Source of the DNA: Chiloscyllium plagiosum
Taxonomy: Eukaryota
Direction: 5' to 3'
Length of the DNA: 64,000 bases
Assembly (NCBI RefSeq): GCF_004010195.1
Contig: NC_057718.1
Location: 59,044,838 to 59,108,837, forward strand
Part shown: in pieces, positions 24,758 through 36,699 of the stretch
Layout: each line of letters opens with the position of its first letter
Position numbering within the stretch: the stretch's first letter is position 1
The notes under the pieces: model-generated
Told to the model about the DNA's origin: nothing
The model's input: the letters and a program-made list of their open reading frames with translations, nothing else
Databases searched by the model: none
Translations under genes and position numbers: made by a program

Positions 24758-24969
24758 ACTCTATGCTACTCTCTCCCCACCCCCACCCTCCTTTAGCTTA
24801 TCTCTCCACGCTTCAGGCTCTCTGCCTTTATTCCTGATGAAGGGCTTTTGCCCGAAACGTCGATTTTGCCTGTCCTCGGATGCTGCCTGAATTGCTGTGC
24901 TCTTCCAGCACCACTGATCCAGAATCTGGTTTCCAGCATCTGCAGTCATTGTTTTTACCTCATTGTTTT
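24758..24969 (+). mobile_element. Short hammerhead-bearing Penelope terminal repeat nested in the Penelope RT, 12-bp TSD
   Basis: TSD TGCCCTCCCATT at 24746-24757 and 24970-24981. The host RT reading (QAALP|FIQPKLWVRYVDD) resumes after it. Confidence 0.88.
24830..24865 (+). ncRNA. Minimal type I hammerhead ribozyme motif
   Basis: CTGATGA (24834-24840), an extra A, stem II GGGC-TTTT-GCCC, GAAA (24854-24857), palindromic ACGT stem III and a GTC cleavage triplet ending at 24861. Stem I is short and imperfect (attc/gatt). Activity is not demonstrated. Confidence 0.72.
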
Positions 24970-27386
24970 TGCCCTCCCATTTATCCAACCTAAACTTTGG
25001 GTCCGCTACGTCGATGACATCTTTGTCACAAAACGGAACAAATTAGAGGAATCATACAACACCATCAACAATATCCTGATGGGCATAAAATTCACAAAAG
25101 AGGAGGAGAACGCCAACAGACTCCCATTCCCAGATGTGACAGTTTAACATATAGTTAATAGAGAGCTTCAAATTAGCGTCAACAAAAAAACAACACACAT
25201 GGACCAAATACTTGACTTCAGAAGCAATCATCCCAACACCCATAAACGGAGCTGCATCGCGACATTATTTCAATGAACTACATCACAATGCAGCACCCAC
25301 GAACTACATAAAGAAGAAAAACATACTCAATAAACACAGTCTGCCAATTCCTTAGAAACGAACCCAAACAAGCAGACACTACGCAACCAAAAACTATAGC
25401 CACATTACCTTACATCAAAGACATATCAGAAATGACTTCCAGACTACTCGGACCCCTTGGCATAATGGTAGCTCACAAACCTACCAAAACACTTAAACAG
25501 TGACTAATGAACCTAGATACCACCAGCAAAACTAACATCATTTATAAGATACCATGAAAGAACTGTAACAAACACTACCTCAGACAAACTAGCAGGAAAC
25601 TTGCCACCAGGATACATGAACACCAACTAGCCACCAAAAAACACGACCCACTATCACTAGTTTCTATACATGCAAACAGACAAAGACGGACACCACTTTG
25701 ACTAAAACAACACATACATCCTAGGACAGGTGAAACAAAGGCATGCACAAGAATTCTTAGAGGCTTGGCATTCTAACCAGAATTCCATCAATAAGCACAT
25801 CGACTTAGACCCTATCTAAGTTATGTTGGAAAAGAAAGGAACAGGAAATAACATCACCCACCTTAAACCAAGACCTATAAATAGAGAGGCGGGACATACA
25901 TCCAGAGACTCTCACTGATGTTACATAATATGGTGACAAAATGTCTGAAAACAAACCTTCAAGCTCAGCGAGGTAACTTACATACTTAAGTATTTAATTG
26001 TATACTTTTCCCGAGTAACATAATTAACTGCAGAATTACTTAGCTCCGAATTCTCTGATTTTAAACAGATATTTTTGGAGGGTTCCAGGTTTAAGGGAAT
26101 TGCCCAACAGAATATTCAATTTCCTGGAAAATTCCCTTGGATTCAGCTCCGATGAGGATTCTGCCTGGTCTTCGTGCACAAATCCTATTTATGTTGCAGA
26201 AATGACTGCCTGGCCATCGGAAAATCTGACCCAGATCTGAAAGCTCCTTAAAGAAATTCAATAATTTGGTCAGATATAAGCTGCTCTTATTGACCCAGTC
26301 CTGAGTTTGATGAATGAGCCTTTATTCTTCTAGATTTCTTATGTCTTCCATCATTAATGTTTCCAGCACGTACCTCCCCCCACCCCAGACTCCTGTATTG
26401 AGGCCAGGTTCACAAGTAATTTGAAGTTGGATTCCTTCAAAATGGTTTAACTATAATGCATTCACAATTCTTATGTTCTATTTCATTAGTATGTTGCCTG
26501 ATTGCAATGCATTTTTAAAATATATTTGAGAGACTTTGTGATCTCAACCAATTCCACCAGCATCCTTTGGATGTTTTGATTATAAGTTAACAGAGTCTTT
26601 CACAAACATAAGGAGCAATCTGAGTCTGTTGTCGCTGCCTTTTCATAAAGGTTCAGGCTTGACTGGATAAAATCGTGCTATTGGAAAATGAGAAACCAGA
26701 GATTAAAGGAACAAACATCATGGAAGTTGCTTGCAATATGTTAGTTGTTCCTTGAGTCCCATGAGCAACATGTACTTCTCTGCTTCTTTAACCTACTCTT
26801 GCACACCATCCCAACTGTTAAAGTTTGTCTATCTCCAATGGTGAAAACCTGTTGGATACCTCATGCTCCATTGATTTCTATTTCTTTCTACTTTCTTTAC
26901 CTGACGCATTGACTACAGCCTATCTATTATTGCTTGCTGGTCTACCTCTCACATGTAGGTGAAGACAACCTCGTGGAACATCCCTTTTAGACACTTTTTT
27001 TTCTTGGTTGTGTACAGTGTCCTGTGGAGCTAGTTAGTTATTTAGTCCAAAAATGTATTTCTTGAGGGAGTCACTTACTTGGCATTAGAAGGCATATCCC
27101 TTTGGATTCTTTGCAGATCCAAGATGACCCACATCCTGTGTGTCACACATTCAGGAAGCTTAACACCCACATTGACATCTTGATTCCAGTCAGTTTAAAA
27201 AGTCTCAATTTTTTTTCTTCTAGACTTACCTTTTACTTCCTACTGTCAAAAGCTTACTCCAAGTCTCTAAATATAATACATTTTAACTTTGTTTTAAAGT
27301 TAATTATGTGCAGTATAACCTTCAAGGTCTGTCCTGAAGGGAGAAATCTGAACTTTACACAAAAGGCAAATCCAGTTTCTACTTCA

Positions 27387-28163
27387 TTCTGAATTAGTGG
27401 TGCTGGAAGAGCGCAACAGTTCAGGCAGCATCCGAGGAGCAGTAAAATCAACGTTTCAGGCAAAAGCCCATCATCAGGAATAAAGGCAGAGAGCCTGAAG
27501 GGTGGAGAGATAAGCTAGAGGAGAGTGGGGGTGGGGANNNNNNNNNNNNNNNNNNNNNNNNNNNNNNNNNNNNNNNNNNNNNNNNNNNNNNNNNNNNNNN
27601 NNNNNNNNNNNNNNNNNNNNNNNNNNNNNNNNNNNNNNNNNNNNNNNNNNNNNNNNNNNNNNNNNNNNNNNNNNNNNNNNNNNNNNNNNNNNNNNNNNNN
27701 NNNNNNNNNNNNNNNNNNNNNNNNNNNNNNNNNNNNNNNNNNNNNNNNNNNNNNNNNNNNNNNNNNNNNNNNNNNNNNNNNNNNNNNNNNNNNNNNNNNN
27801 NNNNNNNNNNNNNNNNNNNNNNNNNNNNNNNNNNNNNNNNNNNNNNNNNNNNNNNNNNNNNNNNNNNNNNNNNNNNNNNNNNNNNNNNNNNNNNNNNNNN
27901 NNNNNNNNNNNNNNNNNNNNNNNNNNNNNNNNNNNNNNNNNCAGGTAGTCACGGAGGGAATGGTCTTTGCGGAAGGCGGAAAGGGGTGGGGAGGGAAACA
28001 TATCCCTGGTGGTGGGGTCTTTTTGGAGGTGGCGGAAATGTTGGCAGATGATTTGGTTTATGCGAAGATTGGTAGGGTGGAAGGTGAGCACCAGGGGCGT
28101 TCTGTCCTTGTTACGGTTGGAGGGATGGGGTCTGAGGATGGAGGTGCGGGATGTGGACGAGAC
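27387..28163 (-). mobile_element. 5'-truncated Penelope-like element with a hammerhead-bearing 3' repeat, 15-bp TSD; contains an N gap
   Basis: TSD CCAGTTTCTACTTCA at 27372-27386 and 28164-28178. ORF remnant LTFHPTNLRINQII..HFRHLQ.DPTT..FPSPPLSAFRKDHSLRDYL is typical of the PLE RT-to-GIY-YIG linker. Core reads CTGATGA-TGGGCTTTTGCCT-GAAACGTT. Confidence 0.85.
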
Positions 28164-28687
28164 CCAGTTTCTACTTCAGCTGTATACAGTGACTCTGAAG
28201 CTCATCTCAGTTGCAGTTGAAATGAAAATCTAAGCAATTAAGGTTTGTTCGTGGGGGCAGAGTTCTCGTCAATGAAGTTAACTTGGTTCCTCCTCACTCA
28301 TCGCATGGGCTTAATCATGAAGAAGGCATTTTATAGAAGCAAGCCATTAAAATTAGAGCATGGAAACTAGTTAAACAAAACGGTAGTCAGGAGTGGATAT
28401 GCAAAATTTTCATTGAGATAAAATGTACTTTTCTGAGTACAGTGAACAAACCAAATCCAACCTCTGCAGGAATTAGGTATTACACAAAGATCTGCTATCT
28501 GTCCTTGTGATGCATGGCCATACAAAACAATCTCATTTCTGCTTGGGAGATCCTGGAGTTTGGGGCTGTACCTGGTGCTGTTGCGATTTTGCTTTGCTTC
28601 GTTAGCCTTTTTAAATTATGCTGGGAACAGCTAAAGGGTGATTTTCCTTATTGCCCATGCCAAAGGTTTTTCTGTAGTTCAGCTGGA

Positions 28688-29492
28688 GGCATGGACAGAA
28701 AATGGCAGATGGAGTCTAATCCAGACAAATATGATGTGATACATTTTGGAAGATCAAGTACAAGTGGAAATCATACAGTGAATGGTAGAGCCCTGAGGAG
28801 TATTGATATGCTGAGGGATCCAGGTTTCCAGGTCCACAGATTATTGAAGGTGGCAACACAGGTAGTAGCACGCTTGCCTTCATTGCAAGGGGCATTGAGT
28901 TCAAGGATCGGCAAGGTATGCTGCAGCTGTATAAAACTTTAGTTAGGCCACACTTTGAATATTACTTCCAGTTCTGGTCACCACACCACCAGAAAGATGT
29001 ACTTGCTTTTGGAGTGGGTACATAAAAGAGTTTAACTGGTATGGGGAATTTTAGCTATGAAGAAAAGTTAGATAGACTGGGTTCGTTTTCACTGGAATGC
29101 AGGAGATTGAGACGCGACCTGATAGATGTTTATAAGATTGTGAATGGGTTGGAAAGAGTGGAAAGTATGAGGCTTTTTCCCAGAGTGAAAGGGTCACCTA
29201 TTAGGGGACGCAGGTTCAAGGATGTGCAGGGGGTGGGAGTGGAGTTTAAAAGAGATGTACAAGGCAAACATTTCACACAAAGGTTGGTGCGAGCCCAGAA
29301 TACGCTGTCAGGAGGATGGTGGAAGCAGACACAATAGCTGCATTCAAGAAGCACTTGGACAAATATATGAATAGGAAGGGATTAGAAAGATATAGATCCT
29401 GTAAGTGAGGACGGTTTTAGTATTGAAGGGCAAAATGTGTTGGCTCAGACTTGGAGGGCCAAAGGGCCTGTTCCTGTGCTCTATTGTTCTTT
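28688..29492 (+). mobile_element. 5'-truncated CR1 LINE
   Basis: KWQME.NPDK..VIHFG, SYEEKLDRLG.FSLE.RRLR.DLI.VYKI and a CR1-like 3' UTR. Confidence 0.87.
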
Positions 29493-30489
29493 GAGAACAG
29501 CTTCAGTTTCCCCAAAATGTCCTTGTAAGTGGTGCCAGGTGGATAGGGTAAGTGTCTGGAGTACTGGGGTACTAGATGGGTAGGGGGTGGATGCCAGGAG
29601 TAGGATGCCAGATAACTATAGGATAGCTGTCAGCTAATTAGGATTCCAACTGGATAGGAGGGAGAGTGCCAGGTGGATAGGATGCCAAATGAATTGGGCA
29701 CCAGGATGGATGTTGGGAAGGTGGCCAGGCAAGTGATGCAGTGTTTTGATTAAGTCAGGGTTGGTAGTAAAAATCCAGTCTACTGAGGCTCTGGGAAGGT
29801 GGGTCTGTCTACAGGAGGCGTGTTGGACTGGGCCATGGTCAAGTCCAATCTGGTGCGTGGGTGTCAGGTTGTGTCAAGTGGGAGCATCAGGGGTCCGGTT
29901 GGGTCAACAGATGGAGTGCATGTATGTCTGTCTGTCCGTCCCACAGGTTTAAAGGAATGTGAGTTCGTCAGAATCTGGGGGTTTGTAATGGATAAGATGT
30001 AGATGTATGTGTGCTAAGTGTGGGGTCTATTGAATAAATACTCCAGTATTGGAGTGTGTATTTAATAGTCTAACCTTTCCTGAGTAACTAGTTATTTAAC
30101 TTCATCAAAACCATCTGAATTTTCCAAATTAAATTGAGACTTCAGTGTAATTTCCTGGCAATTCCTTTAGAGTGCGCTACAATGGAAATTCCACAGGGAC
30201 CCCACGTGCACCTCCCATCTCTGCGGGAATAAGGAGTGTCTGGTCATTGGAAAATTCAGCCAGGATGTGATGGCAATAACTGAGACATGGCTGAAAGGCG
30301 GGATGAGAGATGGAGAAAGAGTTCCTATTAATTGGGATATAGAATACAAAAGTGGAAAGGTGATGATGAACTTCTATAAGATACCTATTAGATCTCAGTT
30401 GGAGTATTATATATATTTCTGAGTGCCACAATTTGGGAAGGATGTGAGCACATTGGTTATAGGGATGAGAAACTTCAGTTATGAGACAG

Positions 30490-30775
30490 TGATACAGTCA
30501 AACTATTGTTTTGTGTGCTAACCAGGCAAATCATACCTTACATAAATACATCAGGGTAATAGGCAGAATGGAGAAAAGATGCAGAGAAAGATCAACTCTA
30601 ACGTATGAGAGGTCTGTTCATAAGTCTGATAACAGCAGTGAAGAAGCTGTTCTTGAACCTTTTGGTCAGTGTTTTCAAACTTTTGTATCTTCTGCCCAAT
30701 GCAAGAGAGTATAACCGGGGTAGGAGGGGTCTTTGATTAATTTGCCTGCTTTCATGAGGCAGCTTGACTGGACAT
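30490..30775 (-). mobile_element. LINE 3' fragment, Rex1/Babar-like
   Basis: Minus-strand peptide GRRYKSLKTLTKRFKNSFFTAVIRLMN resembles the Rex1/Babar ORF C-terminus. Confidence 0.55.
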
Positions 30776-31461
30776 GTCAGCATGGTGCCAATGTTGTGAA
30801 TGGTTACTGCTTACAGCTAGCCAGTATTGCGTAAGGTTAGCTTGCACTGCTTAGAGTAGAGATGCAATGTGATGTGTGGCCACTCTGATGGAGTTGACTC
30901 CTTGTAACCAAGCCATTATTTGCTGTAACAGATTACTGTGTCTTTGTATAAGTAATAGTTGATACTTCATCAGTGTTTAGGCTGTTAGAGAAGTAATTCT
31001 TACTCTGCAGGTTTTTCATTTGTAATTTGCTATCATACGGTTAAAATATTTTGTAATACAACAAGTGGAATTCAAAATTTGGGTCAATTTGTGCCTTGAT
31101 GGATCTAGGACAGCAAACAATGGATATGAGAAAATGCTTAGTTAGGAAGATTTCTGCAGATTTTGTACTGTAATTGTTAATGGGAGTTGTTTAATATATA
31201 ATTCTGTCACATAGTTTCCTGTCAGAATTGGCTAGTATGCCTGGCTGGGGTGGTAGATTGAATGGGTCAGCACAATATTTCTTTCACCTCTGGGACACTG
31301 ATTCGAATCTAGTACGCCATTGGTGGAAAGTTTTCTATTTTACTTCAGCTTTTAGGATCTGAAGTTCAAGGACTTTTGTGCAGTCCCAATTCAGTCACTG
31401 TAGATCTGCGCCTGCAACCCATTTAAAGTAGGTAGTAGTAATTGGTGGATGATGATGATGA

Positions 31462-31719
31462 TTTAGATTAGATTAGATTAGATTACTTCGTGTGGAAACA
31501 GGCCCTCCTGCCCAACAAGTCCACACCGACCCGCCGAAGCGTATACCACCCAGACCCATACTCCTACATTTACCGCTTCACCTAACACTATGGACAATTT
31601 AGCATGTTCAATTCACCTAACCTGCACATTTTTGGATTGTGGGAGGAAACCGGAGCACCCGGAGGAAACCCACGCAGACACGGGGAGAATGTGCAAACTC
31701 CACACAGAGAGTCGCCTGA
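31462..31719 (-). mobile_element. V-SINE (HE1-like), head missing
   Basis: Reverse complement of the 1698-2001 element, with a (TAGAT)n tail. Confidence 0.88.
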
Positions 31720-32564
31720 TGGGAGGAGAAGCGTTGGGACTGCCACTCTGCATCTGATTTGTAGATTTATTTCACACACCGAGGACGTTTTGTCAAAGAT
31801 TGTGGGGTTTCCCTGTACTGGCATCCTTCATTTGATAGGTATATTTGCTGTTCTGTTCTGAAGAGACTAGCAGAGGAAGAAGAGAAACACCAGATTTTTA
31901 GGCTACAATATTTTTGCAAGGTTCCCTTTGACATTACACTTTTTAAAAAAAATGCATCAATAAGGAAGGTTTGACATGAATTGATACTTGGGAAAGATTT
32001 TCAGACTGTAAGATAAATGTATGGCACATGTCGCACTTGAACAGTTTGTGGATCTTTGGAATTCTCTATCTCTGACTGTGGGTATTCCATTATTGAGTAT
32101 CATCAACCTGACATAACAAGAGTTTTTAGGACAGTAAGAGAATTGATGAATAAGGGAGTGAGATGGGAAAATAGAACTGATATAGAAGTTCAGTCCAGAT
32201 CTTAGAGAATGGTTGAACAGCCTTGAGGGACTGTCTGGTTCACTCCTGCTCCTATTATATTCTTGTGAAGAAAACTATACCAATTTTTTTCATTTTAATT
32301 CTCAAAATAAGTAAGGAATGAAGGCTTGTTCTGAAACTTGTAATATATTTTTAATATCGATGTTTGCTCCTTGTCTTGCCTGAAATTTGCTGAGGTACAG
32401 TTTCACAGAAGTTGGCAGCCCCTTAGAACCTTATGTAAAAGACTGTCCAAAGGCATGAACCTTGCCAGTCATTGGCCTACTTGATTTTTTTATATATAAT
32501 AACGGAAGTGGCAACTGGAGGTCCAGTCCTCATGTAATACAATAGGAATTCCAGAGAAAACCCC

Positions 32565-32780
32565 ACAAAAACTGCGGATGCCATAAATCAGAAACGAAAA
32601 TAGAAGTTGCTGGAAAAGCTCAACAGGTCTGTTAGCATCGTTTGCCAGTTAGTAGACTACATTCAGCAGGCTTCTGCAGTGTTCTGAGGAATGGTCACTG
32701 GACCTGAAACGTTAACATTGATTTCTCTTCACAGATGCTGCCAGACCTACTGAGGTTTTTCAGCAACTTCTGTTTCTGTG
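32565..32780 (+). mobile_element. Palindromic Penelope-related repeat containing a hammerhead core
   Basis: Inverted arms agaagttgctggaaaagctcaacaggtctg / cagacctactgaggtttttcagcaacttct. Confidence 0.7.
32677..32720 (+). ncRNA. Minimal hammerhead ribozyme motif with a 7-bp stem I
   Basis: CAGTGTT-CTGAGGA-AT-GGTC(ACTG)GACC-T-GAAAC-GTT-AACATTG. Stem I CAGTGTT/AACATTG pairs fully with one G-U; the cleavage triplet is GTT. Confidence 0.62.
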
Positions 32781-33106
32781 CCAAGAAAAAAAAAACTTTG
32801 ATAGTGGGGGCAATGGACTGAATTTTTTCCTATTTTGGGCTTTCTTCGACTGGGATTCATAGCATTCAGTATGTTGCAGCCCACAGTGACTTTTCTCTAT
32901 CAATATCTTGCCGATCACACAATTAATTATCCAGTCAGTCTCTCTGGGGCCCTCCATGTGGGATCAGGCAGCAAATAAGCTGAAGCATTCCTTGCTGCCA
33001 GGACCTTGTGATGTTTATACCTGCTGATGTCACATTAGTGCAAGCTACACATTAGTTCTGATGCTGCAAACTAGAACTGCTCTGCACATTGAGGTCCTGG
33101 AATGTA

Positions 33107-34365
33107 ATCATAAGATATGGGAGAAGAATTAGGACATTTAGCCTACCTGGTCTATTCCACCATGAGATCATGTTTCTCAACCTTATTGTCCTCCTCCTTC
33201 TCCTCCCCTTACCAATCAAGAACCTATCTAACTTTGTCTTAAAGGCACTCTGATTTGGCCTGTACAGCCTTCTGTGACAAAGCGTTGCACAGATTCAACA
33301 CCCTATGGCTGAAAAAATTCCTCCTCATCTCAGTATTAAAGGGTCATCATTATCACTCAGGCTGTGCCCTCTACATATAGTCTCTCATATTAGTAGAAAC
33401 GTCTTCTCCACATCCACTTGATCCAGGCCTCTCTGTATTCTGTAAGTTTCACTGACATCTTCCTCATCCTTCTAAATTCCATCGAGGACAAATCCAGAGT
33501 CCTCAACCGCTCCTCACATGACAAGCCCTTCATAGAGTCATACAGAATGGAACAGACCCTTTGGACCAACCAGTCCACGCCGAACGTAAGCCCAAACTAA
33601 ACTAATCCCACCTACCTGCTGCTGGCCCATATCCCTCCAAACTGTCCTATTCATGTAATAATCTAAGTGTCTTTTAAATGTTGTAACTGTGCTCGCATCC
33701 ACCACTTCCTCAGGAACTCATTCCACACATGGACAGCTATCTGTGTAAAACATTTGCCCCTCATTTTTTAAATCTGTCTCCTCTCACCTTAAAAATACCC
33801 TCCACCCCCCCCCCCCCCCCAGTCTTGAAATTCCCCATCCAAGGGAAAAGATACCTATGACTAACCCTATCTGTACCTCTCAGGATTTTAATAACCTCTA
33901 TAACGTCATCTGTCAACCTCCCTGGGTTTATTCTTTGAATCTCCTCCAAGGCCAGCACATCCCTCCTTAGATACGTGGCCCACAACTGCTCATCATATTC
34001 CGAGTATGTTCTAATCAGAGCTTTATACATTCCTGATCTTGTATTCCAGCCTTCTTGAAATGAATGCTAACTTCAACCTGCCAGTTAAACTATGTGTTAA
34101 TCGTAAGAGAATCCTTAACGAGGAGACGCAAGTTGTTATGTGCTTCAGGTACCTGAACCCTTTTCCAATTTAGAAAATCCTATAACCTCATACTTTTTCA
34201 TATTGTATTCTGTCTGCCACGTCTTTGCCCACTCTCTTAGCCTGTCCATTTATTCCGCAGGCTCCCCACTTCTTCAACACTAATTATCTCTCCATCTATC
34301 CTTGTATCATCTGCAAACTTAGCAACAATGCCTTCAATTGCATTTTCCAGATTATTAATGTATGT
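33107..34365 (-). mobile_element. Old CR1 fragment with a younger CR1 3' end (about 33530-33915) nested inside
   Basis: Two successive reverse-strand CR1 3' ends. The older ORF2 (..EERLRTLDL.S.EFRRMR; MYKALIRTYSEY..QLW) is split by the younger one. Confidence 0.8.
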
Positions 34366-36390
34366 TATCGCCAAGGAAATAGTTGAGAAAAGGAAGTTCG
34401 CTGTTTGGTTTGCGGTGTGTGCTAGTAGAAAAGAGGGCAGTGCTGTAGCTTGTTGACTGACAAAGGAGATCTATCACCTGACTCAACCAGCCTGTATTGA
34501 GATAATTGCAATGTTGGTCGCTACAGTGTCTGGGATGAAACACATTTTTCAGCAGTTCAGGAAGAAGGTTAGTTATTTTCTGCACTCTGCAAGAGTAAGT
34601 GTCACCTGTGTTCTGAATCTTTTCTCTTCCAGCTTACACTTACGGGGTCATCAATCACTCTTAATTCCAACACTGCAGCTGTTCATCACTAAGGCTCAAG
34701 CACGTGTCCATTCAATGGTTCCCACCCATCTCTTCCTCCCAAACCACTAAGCCCTCCAGCCCCCTCTACATCCCACTCACTTATTAGGGACATCATACCA
34801 CCACCATTACCAACTTGTGCATCACCATTAACTCCTTTTCCATCAAATTAAGTTTCTCCTTTTGTCCCTTTGCTGGAAAAATTGATCCACCTCCCAGACT
34901 GATGATTCCACTACACCTTAATTGACTTGTCTGTTATGCCTGAACTGATTGCACTTGATCTGTGGGACTGACCATGGCTAACTCCTGATCTGAAATTAGA
35001 TGAGCACCTGACTGACTGTGGTCCCCTTGATGCCACTAGGGCGGTCTCCTTTGACTTTTGGACAGAGCCATGTCTGCCATAGTTGAAGCCACACAGTGTA
35101 AGTTGCTGCGCATGCTATTGGTGTGACGTTGACATAGGATGGTGCTATGCAACAACAAGTCCACCCCCTTGATTGTCTGAAATATGATAGGTTGCTTTTC
35201 CCTCTACACTAAAATGCAATGCAAGCCACAAAAGCTGGCAGCCAGCTACAAAGTGTGAAGTTAGTGAGCGCTTTAAAGGAAAATCACCTGTATAGATGCA
35301 CATGTGCCCTTGTTCACAAAGTGACCTGAAGTATATATGTCATAGGTGTTCCTGGTCCAAAGTGAAGTCTTGCAGGGATGAAGGCAGTGTGTGAGTTGGT
35401 CTGATAGTGGACATGATGATGCAGTGACAGTCCCTGACCTGCCAATCCTGACTTGCATGAATGAAATGTGGAGGAGGATATGGAGCGTGAAGGGAAGTTG
35501 TGATGAGCAAATGTTTGGATTAAGGCCCAAAGAGACAAGCAGTTAACAAATGGTTATTGTTCTGAATTTCAAGTGAGGAACTGGTGCTGTCTGAGTTTGT
35601 TTTTGGGAAAGGAGAGGAGAGGCTGCATGATTGAGCTATTGATGGGATGTGAATGCGTGGCAGTAAACTGATTAAATGACAAAATGAGAATCTCACTAAA
35701 CTTCCAGGGGAAAATTGGGGAAAATGATTCTTAATTAGACATTCTTATATATCATTTTTGTTGTTTTTTTCCAACTTTGTTGCCATTGTCTGTGCCACTC
35801 AAAGGAGCAGAAAATTCTGCCCTTTTTGTCTTGTAACCTTTGTTTTTTAGCTCAGTAGTTTTAGAACAATCCCATTGCTATACAAGCAGAGAAGGTTGGT
35901 GATTCATGTGAATATTACTTCCGGTGGACACGGGAAGGCATCAGCTGTTGGTGTTTTATACTTTGTTTATTAAGGTCATAGAAAGATAAACAATTAGTAT
36001 TGTCCTCAAATGTTTATTATAAATTCATCTAGATTTTATCCCAGTTTAGTTTGGTGTTTTTTATGGCCATGATATAGGATGCAAAAATGTGATATTTTGA
36101 GGCAAAGCAGATTTTTTTTTTGATGTGTTCCATATCTGTTTATAGTTGGTAATCCCTCCCCTCTTGATTAACATTTGGAATATTCAGGATAGTGGGGGAT
36201 GGGGGAATGATGGTATTGTGGGCGTGTTTTATGTCAGTTGTCAATGGAATATACTTGATTATTTTTGAAGTTCTCATCATTCACATTAACTCTGATTGTA
36301 TTTGAGGTTTTGAAGTAATTTGGTAAGCAAAATGTATCATTATTAACAGACATATTAATATCTTTCAGATCTCTATCTTTTTGATAAACC

Positions 36391-36483
36391 ATGGTGGATT
36401 GTGAAGGTTTGATCAATGAGTGCCCTCTTCTGATACCTCAGAACAAACAGAAGACTGTGTTTGATGGCTTCATTATGGTTAAG
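36391..36483 (+). CDS. FANCL: FANCL first coding exon (MVDCEGLINECPLLIPQNKQKTVFDGFIMVK)
   Basis: Hand translation resembles the vertebrate FANCL N-terminus (CPLLLPQNRSKTVYEGFI in human, from memory). Kozak-like aaccATGG with an in-frame TAA at 36385-36387; acceptor tctttcag ends at 36368; donor AAG|gtacag at 36484. Confidence 0.93.
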
Positions 36484-36699
36484 GTACAGTACCTATGTTA
36501 GAGTGTGATTGGTTATTACCTGCATCACTAACAAATTCAAATTGCAGTTTGTGGAGACCTTTCCTATGAGAGAGCAAACATGATAACTGGGAAAAAAGTA
36601 CTCACTTTGTTTTCTCTCTTTGTTTCCCTTTTTTCCCACTCCAACTAAGAAAGCTCATGTTTTATAGCACAAGGAAGCCAATTCTCATTTGACATGAGA

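Larger units (their letters stand above)
24152..25986 (+). mobile_element. Penelope-like element (RT plus GIY-YIG), 5'-truncated, with an inverted 5' copy of its 3' end
   Basis: RT motifs MVSFDVTALFTSI, GTPIGSP, WVRYVDD and a GIY-YIG-like region (NIIYKIP..C..HY..QT.RKLATRIHEH). About 24183-24435 is the reverse complement of about 25750-25988. TSD TAAGTATTTAATT at 24139-24151 and 25987-25999. Confidence 0.9.

Noticed and set aside
27474..28220. Long ORFs of 145-231 aa in the ORF track
   Set aside because: Mostly X residues from the N gap at 27538-27941. Only the Penelope linker peptide is real.
31447..31485. (GAT)n and (TAGAT)n microsatellites as independent features
   Set aside because: (TAGAT)n is the SINE tail and the (GAT)n run is trivial.
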